Part shown: one piece after another, positions 39,685-54,200 of the stretch
How the letters are laid out: every line of letters begins with the position of its first letter
Numbering within the stretch: position 1 is the stretch's first letter
From: Auanema rhodensis
Lineage: Eukaryota > Animalia > Nematoda
NCBI GenBank assembly: GCA_964057225.1
Contig: OZ059900.1
Coordinates: forward strand, 18,042,001-18,106,000
Direction of reading: 5' to 3'
DNA: 64,000 bases
Position numbers and translations under genes: made by a program
The notes under the pieces: model-generated
The model's input: only the letters and a program-made list of their open reading frames with translations
Told to the model about the DNA's origin: nothing
Databases searched by the model: none

Positions 39685-42600
39685 TTTCAGCGTGTTACAT
39701 ACTAAAATGAAGCATTTTACATGCTGAACACTAGAAAAATACAAAAACACAGTAATACCCATGAGAAATATTTTATTATGCTGGAAAACCAGTTTTTGGA
39801 AATTTCGCTGTAAACAAGGTTTTGACTTACGATTTCATGTGTTCAAACTCATGCAATGTCAATGAAACCTAGCTCAAAATTGTTAATACAATGTCTAGTT
39901 CCACTTTCACGACAAAAAAACAGGGGTTAGAAAATTAAGGAAATTAGCATATTCTGAGGGCACGCCCCTTATGGCTAATATTGATTAAATCGATTTTTGT
40001 TCATATGAGTCGTCAAATGCAACGAATTTCAGCGTGTTACATACTAAAATGAAGCATTTTACATGCTGAACACTAGAAAAATACAAAAACACAGTATTTC
40101 CCATGAGAAATATTTTATTATGCTGGAAAACCAGTTTTTGGAAATTTCGCTGTAAACAAGGTTTTGACTTACGATTTCATGTGTTCAAACTCATGCAATG
40201 TCAATGAAACCTAGCTCAAAATTGTTCGTACAACGTCTAGTTCCACTTTCACGACTAAAAAACAGGGGTTAGAAAATTAAGGAAATTAGCATATTCTGAG
40301 GGCACGCCCCTTATGGCTAATATTGATTAAATCGATTTTTGTTCATATGAGTCGTCAAATGCAACGAATTTCAGCGTGTTACATACTAAAATGAAGCATT
40401 TCACATGCTGAACACTAGAAAAATACAAAAACACAGTAATACCCATGAGAAATATTTTATTATGCTGGAAAACCAGTTTTTGGAAATTTCGCTGTAAACA
40501 AGGTTTTGACTTACGATTTCATGTGTTCAAACTCATGCAATGTCAATGAAACCTAGCTCAAAATTGTTCGTACAACGTCTGGTTCCACTTTCACGACTAA
40601 AAAAAAACAGGGGTTAGAAAATTAAGGAAATTAGCATATTCTGAGGGCACGCCCTTTATGGCTAATATTGATTAAATCGATTTTTGTTCATATGAGTCGT
40701 CAAATGCAACGAATTTCAGCGTGTTACATACTAAAATGAAGCATTTTACATGCTGAACACTAGAAAAATACAAAAACACAGTATTTCCCATGAGAAATAT
40801 TTTATTATGCTGGAAAACCAGTTTTTGGAAATTTCGCTGTAAACAAGGTTTTGACTTACGATTTCATGTGTTCAAACTCATGCAATGTCAATGAAACCTA
40901 GCTCAAAATTGTTCGTACAACGTCTAGTTCCACTTTCACGACAAAAAAACAGGGGTTAGAAAATTAAGGAAATTAGCATATTCTGAGGGCACGCCCCTTA
41001 TGGCTAATATTGATTAAATCGATTTTTGTTCATATGAGTCGTCAAATGCAACGAATTTCAGCGTGTTACATACTAAAATGAAGCATTTCACATGCTGAAC
41101 ACTAGAAAAATACAAAAACACAGTATTTCCCATGAGAAATATTTTATTATGCTGGAAAACCAGTTTTTGGAAATTTCGCTGTAAACAAGGTTTTGACTTA
41201 CGATTTCATGTGTTCAAACTCATGCAATGTCAATGAAACCTAGCTCAAAATTGTTCGTACAACGTCTGGTTCCACTTTCACGACTAAAAAAAAACAGGGG
41301 TTAGAAAATTAAGGAAATTAGCATATTCTGAGGGCACGCCCCTTATGGCTAATATTGATTAAATCGATTTTTGTTCATATGAGTCGTCAAATGCAACGAA
41401 TTTCAGCGTGTTACATACTAAAATGAAGCATTTCACATGCTGAACACTAGAAAAATACAAAAACACAGTATTTCCCATGAGAAATATTTTATTATGCTGG
41501 AAAACCAGTTTTTGGAAATTTCGCTGTAAACAAGGTTTTGACTTACGATTTCATGTGTTCAAACTCATGCAATGTCAATGAAACCTAGCTCAAAATTGTT
41601 CGTACAACGTCTAGTTCCACTTTCACGACTAAAAAAAAACAGGGGTTAGAAAATTAAGGAAATTAGCATATTCTGAGGGCACGCCCCTTATGGCTAATAT
41701 TGATTAAATCGATTTTTGTTCATATGAGTCGTCAAATGCAACGAATTTCAGCGTGTTACATACTAAAATGAAGCATTTTACATGCTGAACACTAGAAAAA
41801 TACAAAAACACAGTATTTCCCATGAGAAATATTTTATTATGCTGGAAAACCAGTTTTTGGAAATTTCGCTGTAAACAAGGTTTTGACTTACGATTTCATG
41901 TGTTCAAACTCATGCAATGTCAATGAAACCTAGCTCAAAATTGTTCGTACAACGTCTAGTTCCACTTTCACGACAAAAAAACAGGGGTTAGAAAATTAAG
42001 GAAATTAGCATATTCTGAGGGCACGCCCCTTATGGCTAATATTGATTAAATCGATTTTTGTTCATATGAGTCGTCAAATGCAACGAATTTCAGCGTGTTA
42101 CATACTAAAATGAAGCATTTCACATGCTGAACACTAGAAAAATACAAAAACACAGTATTTCCCATGAGAAATATTTTATTATGCTGGAAAACCAGTTTTT
42201 GGAAATTTCGCTGTAAACAAGGTTTTGACTTACGATTTCATGTGTTCAAACTCATGCAATGTCAATGAAACCTAGCTCAAAATTGTTAATACAATGTCTA
42301 GTTCCACTTTCACGACAAAAAAACAGGGGTTAGAAAATTAAGGAAATTAGCATATTCTGAGGGCACGCCCCTTATGGCTAATATTGATTAAATCGATTTT
42401 TGTTCATATGAGTCGTCAAATGCAACGAATTTCAGCGTGTTACATACTAAAATGAAGCATTTTATATGCTGAACACTAGAAAAATACAAAAACACAGTAT
42501 TTCCCATGAGAAATATTTTATTATGCTGGAAAACCAGTTTTTGGAAATTTCGCTGTAAACAAGGTTTTGACTTACGATTTCATGTGTTCAAACTCATGCA

Positions 42601-45600
42601 ATGTCAATGAAACCTAGCTCAAAATTGTTCGTACAACGTCTAGTTCCACTTTCACGACAAAAAAACAGGGGTTAGAAAATTAAGGAAATTAGCATATTCT
42701 GAGGGCACGCCCCTTATGGCTAATATTGATTAAATCGATTTTTGTTCATATGAGTCGTCAAATGCAACGAATTTCAGCGTGTTACATACTAAAATGAAGC
42801 ATTTTACATGCTGAACACTAGAAAAATACAAAAACACAGTATTTCCCATGAGAAATATTTTATTATGCTGGAAAACCAGTTTTTGGAAATTTCGCTGTAA
42901 ACAAGGTTTTGACTTACGATTTCATGTGTTCAAACTCATGCAATGTCAATGAAACCTAGCTCAAAATTGTTCGTACAACGTCTAGTTCCACTTTCACGAC
43001 AAAAAAACAGGGGTTAGAAAATTAAGGAAATTAGCATATTCTGAGGGCACGCCCTTTATGGCTAATATTGATTAAATCGATTTTTGTTCATATGAGTCGT
43101 CAAATGCAACGAATTTCAGCGTGTTACATACTAAAATGAAGCATTTTATATGCTGAACACTAGAAAAATACAAAAACACAGTATTTCCCATGAGAAATAT
43201 TTTATTATGCTGGAAAACCAGTTTTTGGAAATTTCGCTGTAAACAAGGTTTTGACTTACGATTTCATGTGTTCAAACTCATGCAATGTCAATGAAACCTA
43301 GCTCAAAATTGTTAATACAATGTCTAGTTCCACTTTCACGACTAAAAAACAGGGGTTAGAAAATTAAGGAAATTAGCATATTCTGAGGGCACGCCCTTTA
43401 TGGCTAATATTGATTAAATCGATTTTTGTTCATATGAGTCGTCAAATGCAACGAATTTCAGCGTGTTACATACTAAAATGAAGCATTTTACATGCTGAAC
43501 ACTAGAAAAATACAAAAACACAGTATTTCCCATGAGAAATATTTTATTATGCTGGAAAACCAGTTTTTGGAAATTTCGCTGTAAACAAGGTTTTGACTTA
43601 CGATTTCATGTGTTCAAACTCATGCAATGTCAATGAAACCTAGCTCAAAATTGTTCGTACAACGTCTAGTTCCACTTTCACGACAAAAAAACAGGGGTTA
43701 GAAAATTAAGGAAATTAGCATATTCTGAGGGCACGCCCCTTATGGCTAATATTGATTAAATCGATTTTTGTTCATATGAGTCGTCAAATGCAACGAATTT
43801 CAGCGTGTTACATACTAAAATGAAGCATTTCACATGCTGAACACTAGAAAAATACAAAAACACAGTAATACCCATGAGAAATATTTTATTATGCTGGAAA
43901 ACCAGTTTTTGGAAATTTCGCTGTAAACAAGGTTTTGACTTACGATTTCATGTGTTCAAACTCATGCAATGTCAATGAAACCTAGCTCAAAATTGTTAAT
44001 ACAATGTCTAGTTCCACTTTCACGACAAAAAAACAGGGGTTAGAAAATTAAGGAAATTAGCATATTCTGAGGGCACGCCCTTTATGGCTAATATTGATTA
44101 AATCGATTTTTGTTCATATGAGTCGTCAAATGCAACGAATTTCAGCGTGTTACATACTAAAATGAAGCATTTTACATGCTGAACACTAGAAAAATACAAA
44201 AACACAGTATTTCCCATGAGAAATATTTTATTATGCTGGAAAACCAGTTTTTGGAAATTTCGCTGTAAACAAGGTTTTGACTTACGATTTCATGTGTTCA
44301 AACTCATGCAATGTCAATGAAACCTAGCTCAAAATTGTTTGTACAACGTCTAGTTCCACTTTCACGACTAAAAAACAGGGGTTAGAAAATTAAGGAAATT
44401 AGCATATTCTGAGGGCACGCCCCTTATGGCTAATATTGATTAAATCGATTTTTGTTCATATGAGTCGTCAAATGCAACGAATTTCAGCGTGTTACATACT
44501 AAAATGAAGCATTTCACATGCTGAACACTAGAAAAATACAAAAACACAGTATTTCCCATGAGAAATATTTTATTATGCTGGAAAACCAGTTTTTGGAAAT
44601 TTCGCTGTAAACAAGGTTTTGACTTACGATTTCATGTGTTCAAACTCATGCAATGTCAATGAAACCTAGCTCAAAATTGTTCGTACAACGTCTGGTTCCA
44701 CTTTCACGACAAAAAAACAGGGGTTAGAAAATTAAGGAAATTAGCATATTCTGAGGGCACGCCCTTTATGGCTAATATTGATTAAATCGATTTTTGTTCA
44801 TATGAGTCGTCAAATGCAACGAATTTCAGCGTGTTACATACTAAAATGAAGCATTTTACATGCTGAACACTAGAAAATTACAAAAACACAGTATTTCCCA
44901 TGAGAAATATTTTATTATGCTGGAAAACCAGTTTTTGGAAATTTCGCTGTAAACAAGGTTTTGACTTACGATTTCATGTGTTCAAACTCATGCAATGTCA
45001 ATGAAACCTAGCTCAAAATTGTTAATACAATGTCTAGTTCCACTTTCACGACAAAAAAACAGGGGTTAGAAAATTAAGGAAATTAGCATATTCTGAGGGC
45101 ACGCCCCTTATGGCTAATATTGATTAAATCGATTTTTGTTCATATGAGTCGTCAAATGCAACGAATTTCAGCGTGTTACATACTAAAATGAAGCATTTTA
45201 CATGCTGAACACTAGAAAAATACAAAAACACAGTAATACCCATGAGAAATATTTTATTATGCTGGAAAACCAGTTTTTGGAAATTTCGCTGTAAACAAGG
45301 TTTTGACTTACGATTTCATGTGTTCAAACTCATGCAATGTCAATGAAACCTAGCTCAAAATTGTTAATACAATGTCTAGTTCCACTTTCACGACAAAAAA
45401 ACAGGGGTTAGAAAATTAAGGAAATTAGCATATTCTGAGGGCACGCCCTTTATGGCTAATATTGATTAAATCGATTTTTGTTCATATGAGTCGTCAAATG
45501 CAACGAATTTCAGCGTGTTACATACTAAAATGAAGCATTTTACATGCTGAACACTAGAAAAATACAAAAACACAGTATTTCCCATGAGAAATATTTTATT

Positions 45601-48600
45601 ATGCTGGAAAACCAGTTTTTGGAAATTTCGCTGTAAACAAGGTTTTGACTTACGATTTCATGTGTTCAAACTCATGCAATGTCAATGAAACCTAGCTCAA
45701 AATTGTTAATACAATGTCTAGTTCCACTTTCACGACAAAAAAACAGGGGTTAGAAAATTAAGGAAATTAGCATATTCTGAGGGCACGCCCTTTATGGCTA
45801 ATATTGATTAAATCGATTTTTGTTCATATGAGTCGTCAAATGCAACGAATTTCAGCGTGTTACATACTAAAATGAAGCATTTTACATGCTGAACACTAGA
45901 AAAATACAAAAACACAGTATTTCCCATGAGAAATATTTTATTATGCTGGAAAACCAGTTTTTGGAAATTTCGCTGTAAACAAGGTTTTGACTTACGATTT
46001 CATGTGTTCAAACTCATGCAATGTCAATGAAACCTAGCTCAAAATTGTTCGTACAACGTCTAGTTCCACTTTCACGACTAAAAAACAGGGGTTAGAAAAT
46101 TAAGGAAATTAGCATATTCTGAGGGCACGCCCCTTATGGCTAATATTGATTAAATCGATTTTTGTTCATATGAGTCGTCAAATGCAACGAATTTCAGCGT
46201 GTTACATACTAAAATGAAGCATTTTACATGCTGAACACTAGAAAAATACAAAAACACAGTATTTCCCATGAGAAATATTTTATTATGCTGGAAAACCAGT
46301 TTTTGGAAATTTCGCTGTAAACAAGGTTTTGACTTACGATTTCATGTGTTCAAACTCATGCAATGTCAATGAAACCTAGCTCAAAATTGTTCGTACAACG
46401 TCTAGTTCCACTTTCACGACAAAAAAACAGGGGTTAGAAAATTAAGGAAATTAGCATATTCTGAGGGCACGCCCCTTATGGCTAATATTGATTAAATCGA
46501 TTTTTGTTCATATGAGTCGTCAAATGCAACGAATTTCAGCGTGTTACATACTAAAATGAAGCATTTTACATGCTGAACACTAGAAAAATACAAAAACACA
46601 GTAATACCCATGAGAAATATTTTATTATGCTGGAAAACCAGTTTTTGGAAATTTCGCTGTAAACAAGGTTTTGACTTACGATTTCATGTGTTCAAACTCA
46701 TGCAATGTCAATGAAACCTAGCTCAAAATTGTTAATACAATGTCTGGTTCCACTTTCACGACAAAAAAACAGGGGTTAGAAAATTAAGGAAATTAGCATA
46801 TTCTGAGGGCACGCCCTTTATGGCTAATATTGATTAAATCGATTTTTGTTCATATGAGTCGTCAAATGCAACGAATTTCAGCGTGTTACATACTAAAATG
46901 AAGCATTTTACATGCTGAACACTAGAAAAATACAAAAACACAGTATTTCCCATGAGAAATATTTTATTATGCTGGAAAACCAGTTTTTGGAAATTTCGCT
47001 GTAAACAAGGTTTTGACTTACGATTTCATGTGTTCAAACTCATGCAATGTCAATGAAACCTAGCTCAAAATTGTTCGTACAACGTCTAGTTCCACTTTCA
47101 CGACAAAAAAACAGGGGTTAGAAAATTAAGGAAATTAGCATATTCTGAGGGCACGCCCCTTATGGCTAATATTGATTAAATCGATTTTTGTTCATATGAG
47201 TCGTCAAATGCAACGAATTTCAGCGTGTTACATACTAAAATGAAGCATTTTACATGCTGAACACTAGAAAAATACAAAAACACAGTAATACCCATGAGAA
47301 ATATTTTATTATGCTGGAAAACCAGTTTTTGGAAATTTCGCTGTAAACAAGGTTTTGACTTACGATTTCATGTGTTCAAACTCATGCAATGTCAATGAAA
47401 CCTAGCTCAAAATTGTTAATACAATGTCTAGTTCCACTTTCACGACAAAAAAACAGGGGTTAGAAAATTAAGGAAATTAGCATATTCTGAGGGCACGCCC
47501 TTTATGGCTAATATTGATTAAATCGATTTTTGTTCATATGAGTCGTCAAATGCAACGAATTTCAGCGTGTTACATACTAAAATGAAGCATTTTACATGCT
47601 GAACACTAGAAAAATACAAAAACACAGTATTTCCCATGAGAAATATTTTATTATGCTGGAAAACCAGTTTTTGGAAATTTCGCTGTAAACAAGGTTTTGA
47701 CTTACGATTTCATGTGTTCAAACTCATGCAATGTCAATGAAACCTAGCTCAAAATTGTTAATACAATGTCTAGTTCCACTTTCACGACAAAAAAACAGGG
47801 GTTAGAAAATTAAGGAAATTAGCATATTCTGAGGGCACGCCCTTTATGGCTAATATTGATTAAATCGATTTTTGTTCATATGAGTCGTCAAATGCAACGA
47901 ATTTCAGCGTGTTACATACTAAAATGAAGCATTTTACATGCTGAACACTAGAAAAATACAAAAACACAGTATTTCCCATGAGAAATATTTTATTATGCTG
48001 GAAAACCAGTTTTTGGAAATTTCGCTGTAAACAAGGTTTTGACTTACGATTTCATGTGTTCAAACTCATGCAATGTCAATGAAACCTAGCTCAAAATTGT
48101 TCGTACAATGTCTAGTTCCACTTTCACGACTAAAAAACAGGGGTTAGAAAATTAAGGAAATTAGCATATTCTGAGGGCACGCCCCTTATGGCTAATATTG
48201 ATTAAATCGATTTTTGTTCATATGAGTCGTCAAATGCAACGAATTTCAGCGTGTTACATACTAAAATGAAGCATTTTACATGCTGAACACTAGAAAAATA
48301 CAAAAACACAGTATTTCCCATGAGAAATATTTTATTATGCTGGAAAACCAGTTTTTGGAAATTTCGCTGTAAACAAGGTTTTGACTTACGATTTCATGTG
48401 TTCAAACTCATGCAATGTCAATGAAACCTAGCTCAAAATTGTTCGTACAACGTCTAGTTCCACTTTCACGACAAAAAAACAGGGGTTAGAAAATTAAGGA
48501 AATTAGCATATTCTGAGGGCACGCCCCTTATGGCTAATATTGATTAAATCGATTTTTGTTCATATGAGTCGTCAAATGCAACGAATTTCAGCGTGTTACA

Positions 48601-51166
48601 TACTAAAATGAAGCATTTTACATGCTGAACACTAGAAAAATACAAAAACACAGTAATACCCATGAGAAATATTTTATTATGCTGGAAAACCAGTTTTTGG
48701 AAATTTCGCTGTAAACAAGGTTTTGACTTACGATTTCATGTGTTCAAACTCATGCAATGTCAATGAAACCTAGCTCAAAATTGTTAATACAATGTCTAGT
48801 TCCACTTTCACGACAAAAAAACAGGGGTTAGAAAATTAAGGAAATTAGCATATTCTGAGGGCACGCCCTTTATGGCTAATATTGATTAAATCGATTTTTG
48901 TTCATATGAGTCGTCAAATGCAACGAATTTCAGCGTGTTACATACTAAAATGAAGCATTTTACATGCTGAACACTAGAAAAATACAAAAACACAGTATTT
49001 CCCATGAGAAATATTTTATTATGCTGGAAAACCAGTTTTTGGAAATTTCGCTGTAAACAAGGTTTTGACTTACGATTTCATGTGTTCAAACTCATGCAAT
49101 GTCAATGAAACCTAGCTCAAAATTGTTCGTACAACGTCTAGTTCCACTTTCACGACTAAAAAACAGGGGTTAGAAAATTAAGGAAATTAGCATATTCTGA
49201 GGGCACGCCCCTTATGGCTAATATTGATTAAATCGATTTTTGTTCATATGAGTCGTCAAATGCAACGAATTTCAGCGTGTTACATACTAAAATGAAGCAT
49301 TTCACATGCTGAACACTAGAAAAATACAAAAACACAGTATTTCCCATGAGAAATATTTTATTATGCTGGAAAACCAGTTTTTGGAAATTTCGCTGTAAAC
49401 AAGGTTTTGACTTACGATTTCATGTGTTCAAACTCATGCAATGTCAATGAAACCTAGCTCAAAATTGTTCGTACAACGTCTGGTTCCACTTTCACGACAA
49501 AAAAACAGGGGTTAGAAAATTAAGGAAATTAGCATATTCTGAGGGCACGCCCCTTATGGCTAATATTGATTAAATCGATTTTTGTTCATATGAGTCGTCA
49601 AATGCAACGAATTTCAGCGTGTTACATACTAAAATGAAGCATTTTACATGCTGAACACTAGAAAAATACAAAAACACAGTATTTCCCATGAGAAATATTT
49701 TATTATGCTGGAAAACCAGTTTTTGGAAATTTCGCTGTAAACAAGGTTTTGACTTACGATTTCATGTGTTCAAACTCATGCAATGTCAATGAAACCTAGC
49801 TCAAAATTGTTCGTACAACGTCTAGTTCCACTTTCACGACAAAAAAACAGGGGTTAGAAAATTAAGGAAATTAGCATATTCTGAGGGCACGCCCCTTATG
49901 GCTAATATTGATTAAATCGATTTTTGTTCATATGAGTCGTCAAATGCAACGAATTTCAGCGTGTTACATACTAAAATGAAGCATTTTACATGCTGAACAC
50001 TAGAAAAATACAAAAACACAGTAATACCCATGAGAAATATTTTATTATGCTGGAAAACCAGTTTTTGGAAATTTCGCTGTAAACAAGGTTTTGACTTACG
50101 ATTTCATGTGTTCAAACTCATGCAATGACAATGAAACCTAGCTCAAAATTGTTAATACAATGTCTAGTTCCACTTTCACGACAAAAAAACAGGGGTTAGA
50201 AAATTAAGGAAATTAGCATATTCTGAGGGCACGCCCTTTATGGCTAATATTGATTAAATCGATTTTTGTTCATATGAGTCGTCAAATGCAACGAATTTCA
50301 GCGTGTTACATACTAAAATGAAGCATTTTACATGCTGAACACTAGAAAAATACAAAAACACAGTATTTCCCATGAGAAATATTTTATTATGCTGGAAAAC
50401 CAGTTTTTGGAAATTTCGCTGTAAACAAGGTTTTGACTTACGATTTCATGTGTTCAAACTCATGCAATGTCAATAAAACCTAGCTCAAAATTGTTCGTAC
50501 AACGTCTAGTTCCACTTTCACGACTAAAAAACAGGGGTTAGAAAATTAAGGAAATTAGCATATTCTGAGGGCACGCCCCTTATGGCTAATATTGATTAAA
50601 TCGATTTTTGTTCATATGAGTCGTCAAATGCAACGAATTTCAGCGTGTTACATACTAAAATGAAGCATTTTACATGCTGAACACTAGAAAAATACAAAAA
50701 CACAGTATTTCCCATGAGAAATATTTTATTATGCTGGAAAACCAGTTTTTGGAAATTTCGCTGTAAACAAGGTTTTGACTTACGATTTCATGTGTTCAAA
50801 CTCATGCAATGTCAATGAAACCCAGCTCAAAATTGTTCGTACAACGTCTAGTTCCACTTTCACGACAAAAAAACAGGGGTTAGAAAATTAAGGAAATTAG
50901 CATATTCTGAGGGCACGCCCCTTATGGCTAATATTGATTAAATCGATTTTTGTTCATATGAGTCGTCAAATGCAACGAATTTCAGCGTGTTACATACTAA
51001 AATGAAGCATTTTACATGCTGAACACTAGAAAAATACAAAAACACAGTATTTCCCATGAGAAATATTTTATTATGCTGGAAAACCAGTTTTTGGAAATTT
51101 CGCTGTAAACAAGGTTTTGACTTACGATTTCATGTGTTCAAACTCATGCAATGTCAATGAAACCTA

Positions 51167-51269
51167 GTTCAGCATGTAAAATGCTTCATTTTAGTATGTA
51201 ACACGCTGAAATTCGTTGCATTTGACGACTCATATGAACAAAAATCGATTTAATCAATATTAGCCATAA
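51167..51269 (+). repeat. 103-bp locally inverted satellite fragment (monomer positions 174-276) embedded in the - arm
   Basis: GTTCAGCATGTAAAATG...TATTAGCCATAA matches the + consensus exactly. The flanking AACCTAG landmarks at 51161 and 51451 are 290 bp apart instead of 342. Confidence 0.97.
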
Positions 51270-54200
51270 TTTCAGCGTGTTACATACTAAAATGAAGCAT
51301 TTTACATGCTGAACACTAGAAAAATACAAAAACACAGTAATACCCATGAGAAATATTTTATTATGCTGGAAAACCAGTTTTTGGAAATTTCGCTGTAAAC
51401 AAGGTTTTGACTTACGATTTCATGTGTTCAAACTCATGCAATGTCAATGAAACCTAGCTCAAAATTGTTCGTACAACGTCTAGTTCCACTTTCACGACAA
51501 AAAAACAGGGGTTAGAAAATTAAGGAAATTAGCATATTCTGAGGGCACGCCCCTTATGGCTAATATTGATTAAATCGATTTTTGTTCATATGAGTCGTCA
51601 AATGCAACGAATTTCAGCGTGTTACATACTAAAATGAAGCATTTTACATGCTGAACACTAGAAAAATACAAAAACACAGTAATACCCATGAGAAATATTT
51701 TATTATGCTGGAAAACCAGTTTTTGGAAATTTCGCTGTAAACAAGGTTTTGACTTACGATTTCATGTGTTCAAACTCATGCAATGTCAATGAAACCTAGC
51801 TCAAAATTGTTCGTACAACGTCTAGTTCCACTTTCACGACAAAAAAACAGGGGTTAGAAAATTAAGGAAATTAGCATATTCTGAGGGCACGCCCCTTATG
51901 GCTAATATTGATTAAATCGATTTTTGTTCATATGAGTCGTCAAATGCAACGAATTTCAGCGTGTTACATACTAAAATGAAGCATTTTACATGCTGAACAC
52001 TAGAAAAATACAAAAACACAGTATTTCCCATGAGAAATATTTTATTATGCTGGAAAACCAGTTTTTGAAAATTTCGCTGTAAACAAGGTTTTGACTTACG
52101 ATTTCATGTGTTCAAACTCATGCAATGTCAATGAAACCTAGCTCAAAATTGTTCCTACAACGTCTAGTTCCACTTTCACGACAAAAAAGCAGGGGTTAGA
52201 AAATTAAGGAAATTAGCATATTCTGAGGGCACGCCCTTTATGGCTAATATTGATTAAATCGATTTTTGTTCATATGAGTCGTCAAATGCAACGAATTTCA
52301 GCGTGTTACATACTAAAATGAAGCATTTTACATGCTGAACGCTAGAAAAATACAAAAACACAGTATTTCCCATGAGAAATATTTTATTATGCTGGAAAAC
52401 CAGTTTTTGAAAATTTCGCTGTAAACAAGGTTTTGACTTACGATTTCATGTGTTCAAACTCATGCAATGTCAATGAAACCTAGCTCAAAATTGTTCCTAC
52501 AACGTCTAGTTCCACTTTCACGACAAAAAAACAGGGGTTAGAAAATTAAGGAAATTAGCATATTCTGAGGGCACGCCCTTTATGGCTAATATTGATTAAA
52601 TCGATTTTTGTTCATATGAGTCGTCAAATGCAACGAATTTCAGCGTGTTACATACTAAAATGAAGCATTTTACATGCTGAACACTAGAAAAATACAAAAA
52701 CACAGTATTTCCCATGATAAATATTTTATTATGCTGGAAAACCAGTTTTTGAAAATTTCGCTGTAAACAAGGTTTTGACTTACGATTTCATGTGTTCAAA
52801 CTCATGCAATGTCAATGAAACCTAGCTCAAAATTGTTCCTACAACGTCTAGTTCCACTTTCACGACAAAAAAACAGGGGTTAGAAAATTAAGGAAATTAG
52901 CATATTCTGAGGGCACGCCCCTTATGGCTAATATTGATTAAATCGATTTTTGTTCATATGAGTCGTCAAATGCAACGAATTTCAGCGTGTTACATACTAA
53001 AATGAAGCATTTTACATGCTGAACACTAGAAAAATACAAAAACACAGTATTTCCCATGAGAAATATTTTATTATGCTGGAAAACCAGTTTTTGGAAATTT
53101 CGCTGTAAACAAGGTTTTGACTTACGATTTCATGTGTTCAAACTCATGCAATGTCAATGAAACCTAGCTCAAAATTGTTCCTACAACGTCTAGTTCCACT
53201 TTCACGACAAAAAAACAGGGGTTAGAAAATTAAGGAAATTAGCATATTCTGAGGGCACGCCCTTTATGGCTAATATTGATTAAATCGATTTTTGTTCATA
53301 TGAGTCGTCAAATGCAACGAATTTCAGCGTGTTACATACTAAAATGAAGCATTTTACATGCTGAACACTAGAAAAATACAAAAACACAGTAATACCCATG
53401 AGAAATATTTTATTATGCTGGAAAACCAGTTTTTGGAAATTTCGCTGTAAACAAGGTTTTGACTTACGATTTCATGTGTTCAAACTCATGCAATGTCAAT
53501 GAAACCTAGCTCAAAATTGTTCGTACAACGTCTAGTTCCACTTTCACGACAAAAAAACAGGGGTTAGAAAATTAAGGAAATTAGCATATTCTGAGGGCAC
53601 GCCCCTTATGGCTAATATTGATTAAATCGATTTTTGTTCATATGAGTCGTCAAATGCAACGAATTTCAGCGTGTTACATACTAAAATGAAGCATTTTACA
53701 TGCTGAACACTAGAAAAATACAAAAACACAGTAATACCCATGAGAAATATTTTATTATGCTGGAAAACCAGTTTTTGGAAATTTCGCTGTAAACAAGGTT
53801 TTGACTTACGATTTCATGTGTTCAAACTCATGCAATGTCAATGAAACCTAGCTCAAAATTGTTCGTACAACGTCTAGTTCCACTTTCACGACAAAAAAAC
53901 AGGGGTTAGAAAATTAAGGAAATTAGCATATTCTGAGGGCACGCCCCTTATGGCTAATATTGATTAAATCGATTTTTGTTCATATGAGTCGTCAAATGCA
54001 ACGAATTTCAGCGTGTTACATACTAAAATGAAGCATTTTACATGCTGAACACTAGAAAAATACAAAAACACAGTAATACCCATGAGAAATATTTTATTAT
54101 GCTGGAAAACCAGTTTTTGGAAATTTCGCTGTAAACAAGGTTTTGACTTACGATTTCATGTGTTCAAACTCATGCAATGTCAATGAAACCTAGCTCAAAA

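Larger units (their letters stand above)
7531..51167 (-). repeat. Same 342-bp satellite in reverse-complement orientation (~128 monomers)
   Basis: TTTCAGCGTGTTACATACTAAAATG at 7531, 7873, 8215 ... is the reverse complement of monomer positions 218 downward. Period is 342, with occasional 343-345 from A-tract length changes. Confidence 0.99.

Noticed and set aside
51167-51314. MITE or miRNA-like hairpin insertion
   Set aside because: The sequence is entirely satellite-derived, has no target-site duplication and is accompanied by a deletion. A template-switch inversion explains it better.
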